Assembly (NCBI GenBank): GCA_005223125.1
Contig: NJBH01000005.1
Location: forward strand, 96,001 to 160,000
Direction: 5' to 3'
Source: Promethearchaeota archaeon Loki_b32
GTDB taxonomy: Archaea > Asgardarchaeota > Lokiarchaeia > Sigyniarchaeales > SOKP01
DNA: 64,000 nt
Made by a program: the position numbers and the translations under genes
Shown here: positions 10,294 to 20,441 of the stretch, piece after piece
Numbering within the stretch: the first letter of the stretch is position 1
Layout of the letters: every line of letters begins with the position of its first letter
The notes under the pieces: generated by a model
The model's database searches: none
Told to the model about the DNA's origin: nothing
The model's input: only the letters and a program-made list of their open reading frames with translations

Positions 10294-11052
10294 CTAAATT
10301 ATATTAGTAATCCTATTAGCTGTTTTCCGTAGGTTCATTTCAGCCATTCCTAAAGGTACTGTATCGTCAAAAAGAACAACAAATAAAAGCGGGTCTAATT
10401 TCCAAGGAATATCAATTATTTTGGAAAATACTTTTTGTCCATTCTCTAGACCGTAATACATTTCTGGAAGATTTAAAGCACCCACCATATATCTGATTTC
10501 TAATTCTTTCAAAGAATTAACCAATATCTCACTTGGAAGAGAAGTATAAATTATGTTTCCCTTAGTTGTAAGGAGTGCAGCTCCAACAATTTCATTCTCA
10601 TGTAATAATTCTTCAAAAAGATCGATTGCTTTTTGGTAAAAAGTTTTACTCATATAGATTTCATCTTCTCCTTTAATTATTGATTCAATCATTTTATCCA
10701 GTTTTGGGTTTTCAATTTGTTGGTAATCTTTAATTTCACTACTATCTGGATACTCCTCAAGAAAAACATCAGATATTCTTTCCAAACGAGTACTTACAAA
10801 CAAAAGACTCGCTGTTGAATCCGATAAAATTGAAAAGATGAGATCTTGATGTACCTTAAAGACAAATCTCAATTCTCTCATTTCAAGAATCTCAGGGGTT
10901 TTACGAGAAATTACATTCTCAGAAAAAGAAAATATTGCTGAAAAGAAAGGTGTAATTAAATTAACCTCTATATTCTCAAATTCTTTCGTAAAATTTTTAT
11001 GAAAGATACAAACACCTGACTTTTTGAGTATAAAAAGTGAATGTATTTTCAT
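10294..11052 (-). CDS. Longin-roadblock fusion protein (eukaryotic-signature type); start probably ATG at 11052
   Basis: N-terminal IHSLFILKKSGVCIF..NLITPFFSAIFSFS is a longin pattern; C-terminal EIVGAALLTTKGNIIYTSLP..LFVVLF..VPLGMAEMNLRK is a roadblock pattern; the 11169 start overlaps the next gene. Confidence 0.72.
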   Translation of the reverse strand: MKIHSLFILKKSGVCIFHKNFTKEFENIEVNLITPFFSAIFSFSENVISRKTPEILEMRELRFVFKVHQDLIFSILSDSTASLLFVSTRLERISDVFLEEYPDSSEIKDYQQIENPKLDKMIESIIKGEDEIYMSKTFYQKAIDLFEELLHENEIVGAALLTTKGNIIYTSLPSEILVNSLKELEIRYMVGALNLPEMYYGLENGQKVFSKIIDIPWKLDPLLFVVLFDDTVPLGMAEMNLRKTANRITNII

Positions 11053-11140
11053 TGTGAGTGATACCTTAATTATCTTATAAGTTAAATTATAGCAATACAG
11101 TCTTTTAAGTATTTTTAATATAGATTTTAATAAAAGAAAT

Positions 11141-12004
11141 CTATTTGAATTCTTGTAAGCATTTTTCAATATCTGGTTTTATTTCTTCCCAAGATGCCAT
11201 TCTATTAATAACGGGAGTCCCGTTTAAACATACTCCCCTAGATAACCCTAATTTCTGAATGAATTCCCTCTTATTTGAATCTACAACGTTAACTTTTATG
11301 TTTGAATATTTATCTAGTCCTTTTTTAATCGTATTGATCATAAATCTTGACCATGGACATTGATCATTAGCAAAAATATCAAAGTTGATTTTTTTACTCT
11401 TCTTAGAATCCTTAGCTTTATGGAATATAAATTTGGGCTTTGCTTTAGAATCTAAATTGAGGAACATAAGAACCCGACTTCCATCTCGATCAACTTCCTG
11501 AAAACCAAATTTATTAAAAAAGGATGAGGGCATGTATTTTATGGAGGTTCCAAACCATCGGTCTCCATCATATGCTAATACACTAGCTCCACTATAATGT
11601 TTTGCTCTAAGAATAAATGAATCAACCAAAGCTGTACCTACTCCTGTATTCCAAAATGGTGGCAAAACCCACATACAATTAATAAAAAGTGATTCTGCTC
11701 CTATTATTGGTTCTAATGCATGTTCTATAGGGATATATTCGAGCAGTCCCATTGGTACCTGTCCTTGAATTGCTAAATCTGAATGAAGCATTTTACCAAC
11801 CCATTTATAATGGATTTCTTCCTGTCTAGGATTTTCAAGTGCTACTAATATTTCAAGACCTTTAGTCATCATCTTCTTAATCCAACAAATTCTTTTGTCC
11901 ATACCATTTTCCATAAGGTCTCTTGTTTCTTGATCCACACTAGGATCAAGACAAATAGCACAAATTAAATCTAACTTGTCCTCTGTTATGATTTGAATTT
12001 CCAT
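11141..12004 (-). CDS. GNAT N-acetyltransferase (YoaP-like) with thioredoxin-like C-terminus
   Basis: FINCMWV..WNTGVGTALV acetyl-CoA motif, FFNKFGF, C-terminal NDQCPW. Confidence 0.75.
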   Translation of the reverse strand: MEIQIITEDKLDLICAICLDPSVDQETRDLMENGMDKRICWIKKMMTKGLEILVALENPRQEEIHYKWVGKMLHSDLAIQGQVPMGLLEYIPIEHALEPIIGAESLFINCMWVLPPFWNTGVGTALVDSFILRAKHYSGASVLAYDGDRWFGTSIKYMPSSFFNKFGFQEVDRDGSRVLMFLNLDSKAKPKFIFHKAKDSKKSKKINFDIFANDQCPWSRFMINTIKKGLDKYSNIKVNVVDSNKREFIQKLGLSRGVCLNGTPVINRMASWEEIKPDIEKCLQEFK

Positions 12005-12071
12005 AAATCTGATGTTATTTTTAATAAATTTAAATTAATATGGTTACAATATTTTTGGAATTTATGGAGAA

Positions 12072-12860
12072 TTATTCCTTTTTCACCCAATCTTGAATAG
12101 CAACTTTAACTGAACGACTCATTTCTTGCGAGAACTCAGAGCCTGTTTTCCCTAAATAGTAATCTTGTCCAAGATTCTCAGCATTTTTTACTAAGGTATC
12201 TTTTGCAAAGTCCTTAAACATTTCAGAGAACTCTTCTTTATTCAATCGTTTATAAGTATCTATAAAATGGATGAATTTTTTAGGAAATCGTTGTTTGAGT
12301 ATCCTTTTGGATGGATCCTGCTTAGGATATCCAAAACATAACATTATAATTGGAAATACCCATTTTGATAGATTAAACATTTCACGATGAGTTTCAATAT
12401 TTTCTATGATATCCGCTATATAACATGAACCTATTCCCATTGATTCAGCGACAATAACAGCATTCTGGGCTGCAATAATAGCATCACAGCATGCAAGTAA
12501 TAGATCCGACTCATCTGGAGTACGATACACGAGATCTTTCTCAGCACATAATTCTGGTATGCCCGATACTACATAATAATCATACCAGCGTTGCATATCA
12601 GCTAAAAAAATAAGAACTAAAGGTGCTTTTGCTATATGAGGTTGATTATCACAAGTCGTTACTAATTTATCCTTCATTTTTTGATTCTGAACTTCAATAA
12701 TAGAATAAAACATCATGTTCCCTGCGGTTGGAGCACGCATAGCTCCGTGAATGATCATATCTACTTCTTTTTGGGATATGAGTTTTTTGTCGTAAGCACG
12801 AACAGTGCATCTGTAATTTATTACTTCTAATACCTTGTTAATTTTTTCTTTTTCATTCAT
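12072..12860 (-). CDS. Nitroreductase (NfsA/FRP family)
   Basis: TVRAY, RAPTAGNM, DAIIAAQN..AESMGIGSCYI, LCFGYP. Confidence 0.92.
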   Translation of the reverse strand: MNEKEKINKVLEVINYRCTVRAYDKKLISQKEVDMIIHGAMRAPTAGNMMFYSIIEVQNQKMKDKLVTTCDNQPHIAKAPLVLIFLADMQRWYDYYVVSGIPELCAEKDLVYRTPDESDLLLACCDAIIAAQNAVIVAESMGIGSCYIADIIENIETHREMFNLSKWVFPIIMLCFGYPKQDPSKRILKQRFPKKFIHFIDTYKRLNKEEFSEMFKDFAKDTLVKNAENLGQDYYLGKTGSEFSQEMSRSVKVAIQDWVKKE

Positions 12861-13023
12861 AACTTCTTACCTATCAAATATTTACAAAATTGTTGTCAAT
12901 TATACCTTATTAAATTTTGTTAAATTTTTTTTGTTAACTTTCTTCGATTGTTTGTCTCAAAACTAGGCTCGTTTATTTCTATGTAGAATATTTTTATTAG
13001 TTAACACCTTAAATAAATTTGTC

Positions 13024-13776
13024 ATGAAAGAAAAAGATAATATTATATTTTATAATAGTGCTGAAATCTCTGAGAAATTTTTTCACAATAGGGTAAAACC
13101 AGAAGAAATCATTGATTATTTTGAAGCAGGAAAAATAGAAGGTAAAAAAATAGATAATAAATGGCATGCTGATGAAAAAAACATTGAAAATTTTATCCGA
13201 AATGTATATTTGAAAGAAAAGAGTTATGAAGCGGGGCTTCACAAAGTTGATTTATCTCAAATTACTTTAAATGGGAGAATTTTAGATATTGGAGGTGGAG
13301 GAGAGGGTATTATAGCGCAATTTAAAGGGGAATCTGTTGTAGCTATAGATCCTAATAAAAAAGAACTTGAAGAAGCACCAAGTAAAGGCGATTTAAAAAT
13401 AGTTATGGATGCAAAAGACCTTAAATTTTTAGATAATACATTTGATACAGTAACTTCATTTTACACATTGATGTATATCCCGAAAGAAGATCATAAAAGG
13501 GTTTTTCAAGAAATTTATAGAGTATTAAAAAATGATGGAGAATTTGTAATATGGGATTCCATAATGCCTACAAAAGGAGATAATGATAAATTAATATTTT
13601 TTATAAGTCTTGAAGTTAATATAGGTGCTAAGAAAATTGAATCGGGTTATGGTGTACAATGGAAAAATGAACAAAATTCTGAATATTTTTCAAACTTAGC
13701 AAAAGATGTAGGTTTTGAAATGCTTGAAAGTAATGAAGAGAAATTTACTTTTTACTTAAGATTAAGAAAAAAATAA
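13024..13776 (+). CDS. Class I SAM methyltransferase with N-terminal excisionase/MerR-like HTH
   Basis: ILDIGGGGEG, MDAKDLKFLDNTFD, EIYRVLKNDG; N-terminal YFEAGKIEGKKIDNKW resembles HTH_17. Confidence 0.8.
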   Translation: MKEKDNIIFYNSAEISEKFFHNRVKPEEIIDYFEAGKIEGKKIDNKWHADEKNIENFIRNVYLKEKSYEAGLHKVDLSQITLNGRILDIGGGGEGIIAQFKGESVVAIDPNKKELEEAPSKGDLKIVMDAKDLKFLDNTFDTVTSFYTLMYIPKEDHKRVFQEIYRVLKNDGEFVIWDSIMPTKGDNDKLIFFISLEVNIGAKKIESGYGVQWKNEQNSEYFSNLAKDVGFEMLESNEEKFTFYLRLRKK

Positions 13777-13883
13777 CTTGATAAAATCCAGTACAAATTA
13801 AATCTGGTTTAATTTCTATATTTTTAATTATTAATAAAGCGGTTTTTTGAATCTTTTTATAGGATTTCGACCAAATAAATATT

Positions 13884-15233
13884 ATGAAAAATAAAACTCA
13901 TCAATCTTCAATTATTTCTATACTGTTATTCATTGTTATTCTTTCATTAGTTAATTCTGTTCAAAATTTGATTTCGCCAAATTTAATTATAATTTCAAAT
14001 TACTTTGGATTTGGTGGTAATACATCTCAATTAGGTGTTTTAACATCGACATTTATGATATTATCTGGGATATCAATAGTATTTTTTGGTTATCTTGCAG
14101 ATAAAATTACAAGAAAATGGATTGTTCTTAGCGGTACGATATTTTATTCAATTTTTTCAGTTCTTACGATTTTAGTATCCCCAAACTTAGATGGTTATTA
14201 TTTATTTTTTTTCCTCACAGCTATGAATGGAATTGGTTTTGGAGCTATAATTCCGAGCATCTTCTCTTTAATAGGTGATTTAATATCTCAAGAAGATAGA
14301 TCAAAGGGATTTTCATTTTTTTCGATTACCTCCCTTTTAGGAATGGCATTGGGGCTAATAATAGCCACAATCGTCGGCCCCATGGATTGGAGGTTTTCAT
14401 ATCTAATTATAGGAATAATTGGATTAAGTGCTGCTTTTTTTATTCTATTCTTTAATGAACCTTCACGAATTGGTAAGGATTTCTCTTTTTTAACTGAAAA
14501 AGGCGCAATAGATTATACTTATAGAATAAAAAAGTCCGATTTAAAGGTAATCTTCAAAAAAAAATCAAATGTCTGGTTAATAATTAATTTTGTTGATACA
14601 ATTCCAACAGGAATAATCTTGTTTCTAATATTCTATTATATGAGTGATTATCATAACGTTCCGGAAGATATTTCATTAATATTTTTAGGTACAATTTTAC
14701 TTAGTACTTTAATTGGCACAGTAGTTTTTGGATATGTTGGTGATAATTTATTCAAAAAAGGTAGAAAAAATGCACGCGTATTGCTAGCTTTAATAGGAAA
14801 TGTTGTTCCTATACCACTTCTATTTGTAGCTCTAATTATTCCCTTTCAAGCACCAAATAATGTATCTACGGGAGAACTTTTTGCAATTCCAGAAGCAATT
14901 ATTATGTTAATCTTAATGATGATAGGGATGTTTGCTAATGGAGCCGTGAATGGAAACTGGTATGCTACAATTGTAGACTTAAATCTTCCGGAACATAGGG
15001 GGACTACTCTAGCTACGGCTAATCTTTTTGATGTAATTGGAAGATCTCTGGGCCCTCTTATCGGATCTTTTGTCAGAGACGCTTTTAGTTCTGTGTACGG
15101 CATGATGATGTCGATAGTTGCGTGGATCCTAATTCCATTCTTCTGGATACCTGTTCTTAAAAATGTTATAACGGAAATGAATGCTACAGAAAAGATTTTC
15201 TCAGAACGTATAAAAAAATTAGAAAATTCTTAA
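13884..15233 (+). CDS. MFS transporter
   Basis: GYLADKITRK motif A; 12 TM helices; EHRGTT. Confidence 0.92.
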   Translation: MKNKTHQSSIISILLFIVILSLVNSVQNLISPNLIIISNYFGFGGNTSQLGVLTSTFMILSGISIVFFGYLADKITRKWIVLSGTIFYSIFSVLTILVSPNLDGYYLFFFLTAMNGIGFGAIIPSIFSLIGDLISQEDRSKGFSFFSITSLLGMALGLIIATIVGPMDWRFSYLIIGIIGLSAAFFILFFNEPSRIGKDFSFLTEKGAIDYTYRIKKSDLKVIFKKKSNVWLIINFVDTIPTGIILFLIFYYMSDYHNVPEDISLIFLGTILLSTLIGTVVFGYVGDNLFKKGRKNARVLLALIGNVVPIPLLFVALIIPFQAPNNVSTGELFAIPEAIIMLILMMIGMFANGAVNGNWYATIVDLNLPEHRGTTLATANLFDVIGRSLGPLIGSFVRDAFSSVYGMMMSIVAWILIPFFWIPVLKNVITEMNATEKIFSERIKKLENS

Positions 15234-15242
15234 TATATTATT

Positions 15243-15464
15243 TTATCTCCAAGCTGCATGTTTCAATATAGCATTAAATGGGCAAGTGTCTTGACATGCT
15301 CCGCATTCAATACACTCACCAATATTTTCCGCATCAACTTTTCCATTAATAACTTCATAGACTTCAGCTGGACACACACTAACACATTCCCCTGATCCCA
15401 TACAGAGATCCAAATCAATTTCTACCCAGTGATTATCTTCTTCCCATTTTTTAATATCAGTCAT
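15243..15464 (-). CDS. Dicluster ferredoxin
   Basis: CMGSGECVSVCP and CIECGACQDTCP. Confidence 0.9.
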   Translation of the reverse strand: MTDIKKWEEDNHWVEIDLDLCMGSGECVSVCPAEVYEVINGKVDAENIGECIECGACQDTCPFNAILKHAAWR

Positions 15465-15558
15465 GGATAAATTAACCTTCCTACTTTTCTTATATGGAAG
15501 ATTATTTTATATAATTTATAATCAAAAAAATAAATATTTTCTGTAAATAATATAACTT

Positions 15559-16713
15559 ATGACTAGTTTAGAAACTCTTTTTAGTCCAGAAAAAATTGGA
15601 AATATTCAAATTAAGAATAGAATTGTGCGTTCTGCGACCTTCATGGCAAGTACAGAAAAATATGGGTATGTCAGCCAGAATCTTATTGATATTTATAGCG
15701 AATTAGCACGTGGAGGTACGGGATTAATAATATCTGGTTTTACAGCAGCAGATCCAGGAGGAACTGCTAGTCCTTTTCAGGCAGGTTTGTATGATGATTC
15801 ATTTATCCCTGGCCAAAAGAAGTTAGTAGAAGCAGTTCACGAGTATTCAGGTGTGAAGATTGCTATTCAAATAGCGCATACGGGTCGGCAAGGATATCAT
15901 CCAAAATATCACCCCGTAGCACCATCTCCTATACCCTTCAAAACAACAGGTTTAACACCACGAGAATTATCATCTGAAGAAATAAAAGATCTAATACAGA
16001 AATTTATAGACACAGGAAGAAGAGGGTATGAGTGTGGCTATGATATGATACAATTACATGCAGCTCATGGATATCTCTTGAGTAACTTCATTTCACCATT
16101 TACAAATAAAAGAACAGATGAATATGGTGGAAATATTGAGAATAGAGCAAAGATTTTAATTGATATATTTACTGGGTTAAAAGATGAATTAGGCAAAAAT
16201 TTCCCATTGATTATAAAATTACAGACAGAAGATTTTATTCCAGAAGGATTAAAATTAGAGGAGGGGGTTCAATTTGCTAAACTTCTTTCAGAAATTGGAT
16301 TTGATGCAATTGAACCTAGCGGAGGTGGAGGAGATGCCCAAATTCTTAGCAAAAAAGCATATCCTAGCCTAGTTATCAAAAACCCTGAAGAAGAGAATTA
16401 TTTTTTATCACACGTTAGAGAAATCAAGCAATACATAAATCGTAGCAAATTAATCTTAATGGGAGGAATTAAAAATCCAATTTTCGCTGAGAAAATCCTT
16501 AAAGATAAAATCGCTGATTTTATTTCGATGAGTCGCCCTTTAATCTTTGAACCAAACCTTCCAAATCGTTGGAAAGAAGGAGATCATTCACCGGCGAAAT
16601 GTATCAGTTGTAATGGTTGTTATATGACTGTGCGAGATGGTCCTGTATATTGTGTTACCAAAAAAAGATTAGAGAAAAAGGCTAAAAGGTTATCAAATTC
16701 TAAGAAAATATAA
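15559..16713 (+). CDS. NADH:flavin oxidoreductase (Old Yellow Enzyme family)
   Basis: IKNRIVRSAT, QLHAAHGYLLSNFISP..NKRTDEYGG, C-terminal CISCNGC. Confidence 0.93.
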   Translation: MTSLETLFSPEKIGNIQIKNRIVRSATFMASTEKYGYVSQNLIDIYSELARGGTGLIISGFTAADPGGTASPFQAGLYDDSFIPGQKKLVEAVHEYSGVKIAIQIAHTGRQGYHPKYHPVAPSPIPFKTTGLTPRELSSEEIKDLIQKFIDTGRRGYECGYDMIQLHAAHGYLLSNFISPFTNKRTDEYGGNIENRAKILIDIFTGLKDELGKNFPLIIKLQTEDFIPEGLKLEEGVQFAKLLSEIGFDAIEPSGGGGDAQILSKKAYPSLVIKNPEEENYFLSHVREIKQYINRSKLILMGGIKNPIFAEKILKDKIADFISMSRPLIFEPNLPNRWKEGDHSPAKCISCNGCYMTVRDGPVYCVTKKRLEKKAKRLSNSKKI

Positions 16714-16736
16714 AATTATCTTAAACAGGAACTAAT

Positions 16737-17660
16737 ATGGAAAGTAATCGAAGCAAAAGTGCCTATTCGGACCATTTGTTCCAATTTCGCTTGGTAGAAC
16801 GAAGGAAATTAATCTTATCTCTATCAATTACAATAGTCGTAATGATTTTAGAGATACTTGGAGGATTTATTACTAACAGTATTGCTCTACTTAGCGACGC
16901 AGGACATATGTTTACACATGCATTTGCTATAGGGATTAGTTTGTTAGCTACAACAATCGCGAGAAAACCACCCTGCCATCATAAAACCTTTGGGTTATAT
17001 CGAGCTGAGGTTTTAGCTGCTTTTATTAATGGTTTATTTCTTATTCCTATTGTGGGCATTATTATTTATGAGGCTATTCTTAGATTCTTAAACCCACAAG
17101 ATATTATTGGTTCTTATATGCTAATTGTAGCGTTTATTGGGTTGGGAGTAAATATTACAAGCATTCTTATCCTTCAAGGTAGCCAAAATAATAATTTAAA
17201 TATCAGAAGCGTCTTCTATCATATGATCGCGGATGCCGCATCATCAATAGGAATTGTAATTGCCGCTTTTATTATAATATCAACTGGATTAGTAATTCTT
17301 GATCCTATTGTAAGTTTAGGGATATCTATACTCATTATTTATTGGGCTTATGGAATTTTAAAAGAATCAACCCGTATTTTACTTGAAATGGCACCAAAAG
17401 GAATGAACATAGATACTATTAGTGAGGATTTAAAAGTTAATTTTCCTGAAATTATCGAATTATTTGATGCCCATTTATGGACAATTATTCCAGATATGCT
17501 TATATATTCCGTACATGTCAAACTTAATAATGACCCGATAGAAGGTAATCAAGAAGAACTCATATCAAAAATCAACGATTTCCTGTCAAAATACTATAAA
17601 ATAATTGAATCCACTATACAGATTATGCCTAAAGAATCAGTAGAAGCCTGTAGTATTTAA
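16737..17660 (+). CDS. Cation diffusion facilitator (CzcD/ZitB-like)
   Basis: SIALLSDAGHM, TFGLYRAEVLAAFING, HMIADA, HLW. Confidence 0.92.
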   Translation: MESNRSKSAYSDHLFQFRLVERRKLILSLSITIVVMILEILGGFITNSIALLSDAGHMFTHAFAIGISLLATTIARKPPCHHKTFGLYRAEVLAAFINGLFLIPIVGIIIYEAILRFLNPQDIIGSYMLIVAFIGLGVNITSILILQGSQNNNLNIRSVFYHMIADAASSIGIVIAAFIIISTGLVILDPIVSLGISILIIYWAYGILKESTRILLEMAPKGMNIDTISEDLKVNFPEIIELFDAHLWTIIPDMLIYSVHVKLNNDPIEGNQEELISKINDFLSKYYKIIESTIQIMPKESVEACSI

Positions 17661-17763
17661 AACCATTTCCATTCAAAATATAAAATAAACATTTAAATAA
17701 TCCTCTAACCCAAAATTATTAATAATAAAAAATTTCTTATGAAAATTTAACGAGGAATTTATT

Positions 17764-18198
17764 ATGTCATCCGAAAGGAATATAGATCCGTTTGCCGTAA
17801 TGATTTTAGTTCTTAGTGTTATTGGGTTAATATTATTAGCGGCTTTAGACTTTGCAGCTTTTGATTTAAATGGTTCAGGAACCAGATGGTCATGTTTAAG
17901 TTGTGAATATAGTACAACAGGTGATATAATCGCACAAGTGGTAATTCTAATTTTACTTATACTACAAATAGTTATTGCCTTAAATGAGCTTCTGCCAAAA
18001 AGATTAATTGAGAAAGATCTTAACTTAATCGGTATGATTTTAGCATGTCTTACTATACTTTTTGTTATTATTGGAATAGCTTCATTTGGTATTGAATATA
18101 GTGAATATTATTGGTGGCCAGAAACAGGATTTTATGGTGCTATTATAGCAGGAATACTCAATTTAGCTTTGTTCTTCCTAAAATTTAAAAATAGATAA
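17764..18198 (+). CDS. Four-TM membrane protein with extracellular WSCLSC motif
   Basis: Four hydrophobic segments; GAGG RBS upstream; oligo-T downstream. Confidence 0.7.
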   Translation: MSSERNIDPFAVMILVLSVIGLILLAALDFAAFDLNGSGTRWSCLSCEYSTTGDIIAQVVILILLILQIVIALNELLPKRLIEKDLNLIGMILACLTILFVIIGIASFGIEYSEYYWWPETGFYGAIIAGILNLALFFLKFKNR

Positions 18199-18216
18199 GT
18201 TCTAGATTTTTAAACC

Positions 18217-18226
18217 CTTTTTTTTC
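18217..18226 (+). terminator. Oligo-T tract, archaeal-type terminator
   Basis: T-run about 20 nt after the 18198 stop, in a convergent gap. Confidence 0.45.
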
Positions 18227-18262
18227 TTTCTTGAATAATCTGATTAATTGAATAATTTCAAA

Positions 18263-19960
18263 TTAACTTTTTAAGATTTGATGGCTCTCTCTTAATTTCC
18301 TCCTAAAAATTTTACCAACTACAGTCCGAGGCAATACATTTACAAATTCTACCTTACGAGGATATTTATAAGCAGCCATTTTTTCTTTTGACCATTCAAT
18401 AATATCGATTTCTGTAACTTTTTCTTTATATTCTGGTCTAAGAGCTATATATGCTTTTATGGTTTCTCCAATATTTGGATCGGGAGCGGAAACTACTCCC
18501 GCTTCTAAAATTCCTGGGTGTTCACATAATTTTTCTTCGACTTCTTTTGGCATAATCTTATACCCTTTGTATTTTATTATATCTTTTGTACGACCTTCGA
18601 TATAAAAATACCCTTCATCGTCCATTCTGGCAAGATCACCTGTTCTAAGCCACCCATCGACTATTGTTTCAGCAGTTTCTTCTGGCTTTTTCCAATATCC
18701 TTTCATGATTTGGGGTCCTTTTATTAATATTTCTCCTATTTCGCCTGGAGGAAGTTCTTCTAATGAATCGGGATTCACAATTTTTACATCAGTATCAATA
18801 AGAGGAATACCGATACTTTCGATTATTATTTTAGGTAACCAAGTTGGGCTCATATGTGTTATTGCCGCGGTTTCTGTTAGCCCAAAACCTTGCCCAACTT
18901 TAAATCCAACCACTTCTTCCCATTTTCTGTTTAATTCTGGAGACAATGCTGCTGACCCAGAAATTGCTGATTCAAGACTTGAAAGATCTCGATTTCTAAA
19001 ATCAGGGGAGTTAACTAACATTTGAAACATAACTGGTACACCAATAAATATAGATGTTTTGTAGTATTCAATCGCTTCTAGAACTTCAGAAGCATTAAAT
19101 GACTGGAACATAACAAGCATCGTTGCTAGCACTGATGATGAAAGTAAGATTTGAAAACCAAAAGAGTGGCAAATAGGAAGAACTGTTAAAACTGTATTTT
19201 TACCATATATATCAATGTCTTCTACATCATCCTTTTTCAAACCATTTAAGCTCGCAAGAGAGCAAGCTACTAAATTATTATGTGTTAGCATAACTCCTTT
19301 CGGTAAACCTGTTGTACCACCAGTATACAATAATGCTGCAATATCGTTCATTGGATCTATGTCCACTTCGGGAGGTTTTGGTGTCTTTCCACTTATAAAC
19401 TCTTGGAAGGTGATAGTATCAGGTTTAGCTTCTTCTGTTCCAAGAAGAATAACGTTCTTAAATTCAATATCCTTTCTAACTTTCTTAATAACCCTGAAAT
19501 TATTTTTGTGAACGAAAATAGTATCAATAATTCCAGCATCTTTAATAATATGTGTAACATCCACCTCTTTGAGAAGGGGGTTTATTGGAACTAAACTTGC
19601 GCCAGTTTCCATAATACCTAAACAACAGAATAAAAACTCAGGACAATTACTTGTCATAATCGCTACTCCATCTCCTTTTTTCACACCCGCCTCGTGTAAA
19701 GCATTTGCGATTCTGTCTGAAATATTGACAAGGTCTCGATATGTGTATTTTTTATCTTTCGGTTTATAATAAACACAAACATTATTAAGATATTTAGTAA
19801 TTGTCCTTTTTAGATATTCATGCACCGGGATAGGATCAAATTTAATTGATTTTGGAATGTAGTCAGGCCTAAATTTTAACCAGGGACGATTTGGATTCTC
19901 GAGATAAGGAGATTCATTTTCGTAATCTAAATATGGTTCCCAATCTGAATAATCTTTCAT
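18263..19960 (-). CDS. Long-chain fatty acid--CoA ligase
   Basis: YTGGTTGLPKG, GFGLTE, GWLRTGD, PRTVVGK. Confidence 0.93.
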   Translation of the reverse strand: MKDYSDWEPYLDYENESPYLENPNRPWLKFRPDYIPKSIKFDPIPVHEYLKRTITKYLNNVCVYYKPKDKKYTYRDLVNISDRIANALHEAGVKKGDGVAIMTSNCPEFLFCCLGIMETGASLVPINPLLKEVDVTHIIKDAGIIDTIFVHKNNFRVIKKVRKDIEFKNVILLGTEEAKPDTITFQEFISGKTPKPPEVDIDPMNDIAALLYTGGTTGLPKGVMLTHNNLVACSLASLNGLKKDDVEDIDIYGKNTVLTVLPICHSFGFQILLSSSVLATMLVMFQSFNASEVLEAIEYYKTSIFIGVPVMFQMLVNSPDFRNRDLSSLESAISGSAALSPELNRKWEEVVGFKVGQGFGLTETAAITHMSPTWLPKIIIESIGIPLIDTDVKIVNPDSLEELPPGEIGEILIKGPQIMKGYWKKPEETAETIVDGWLRTGDLARMDDEGYFYIEGRTKDIIKYKGYKIMPKEVEEKLCEHPGILEAGVVSAPDPNIGETIKAYIALRPEYKEKVTEIDIIEWSKEKMAAYKYPRKVEFVNVLPRTVVGKIFRRKLRESHQILKS

Positions 19961-20086
19961 AATAACTACCCCTAATATTCAAATTTACATATATTAAATC
20001 TTAAAATATATAAACTCTAATATAAAAAATTCAATCTAAATATTTAAAAGTCTTCACTTATGAAAGAGACGGAATTGTAAATGAAA

Positions 20087-20440
20087 TTACATCCATGAAA
20101 CTATTTTTTCTGATTCTACTAGAACGTCAACTAACTGATCATATCCAATACCTTTTACTTTATCATTTAGAGTTTTAGGGTCCATTCCTCTAGCTTTAAT
20201 ATCAGGTATTAAAGCATAAACACTGATGGGCAGATTTAAAAGATTCCTTAGTTTTTCAGTTGTTAGTGTTCTTTTTGATGTGCCAATTACACCATCATGT
20301 AAAAAAATTATTATCATATCGATATTTAATTGGGAATGTTCTTGTATGATCTCGAATAAAATATCGAATTTTGCATCATTGGTATGGCTAAAACCATACA
20401 AGTAAACAATTTTTTTTTTTTCTTGCATTTCTATCACCAA
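20087..20440 (-). CDS. dsrH: DsrH/TusB-like sulfur relay subunit (true start probably the ATG 4 codons in)
   Basis: FLHDGV, VYALIPDIKARG, IGYDQLVDVL..KIVSWM; third gene of the dsrEFH cluster. Confidence 0.82.
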   Translation of the reverse strand: MVIEMQEKKKIVYLYGFSHTNDAKFDILFEIIQEHSQLNIDMIIIFLHDGVIGTSKRTLTTEKLRNLLNLPISVYALIPDIKARGMDPKTLNDKVKGIGYDQLVDVLVESEKIVSWM

Positions 20441-20441
20441 A

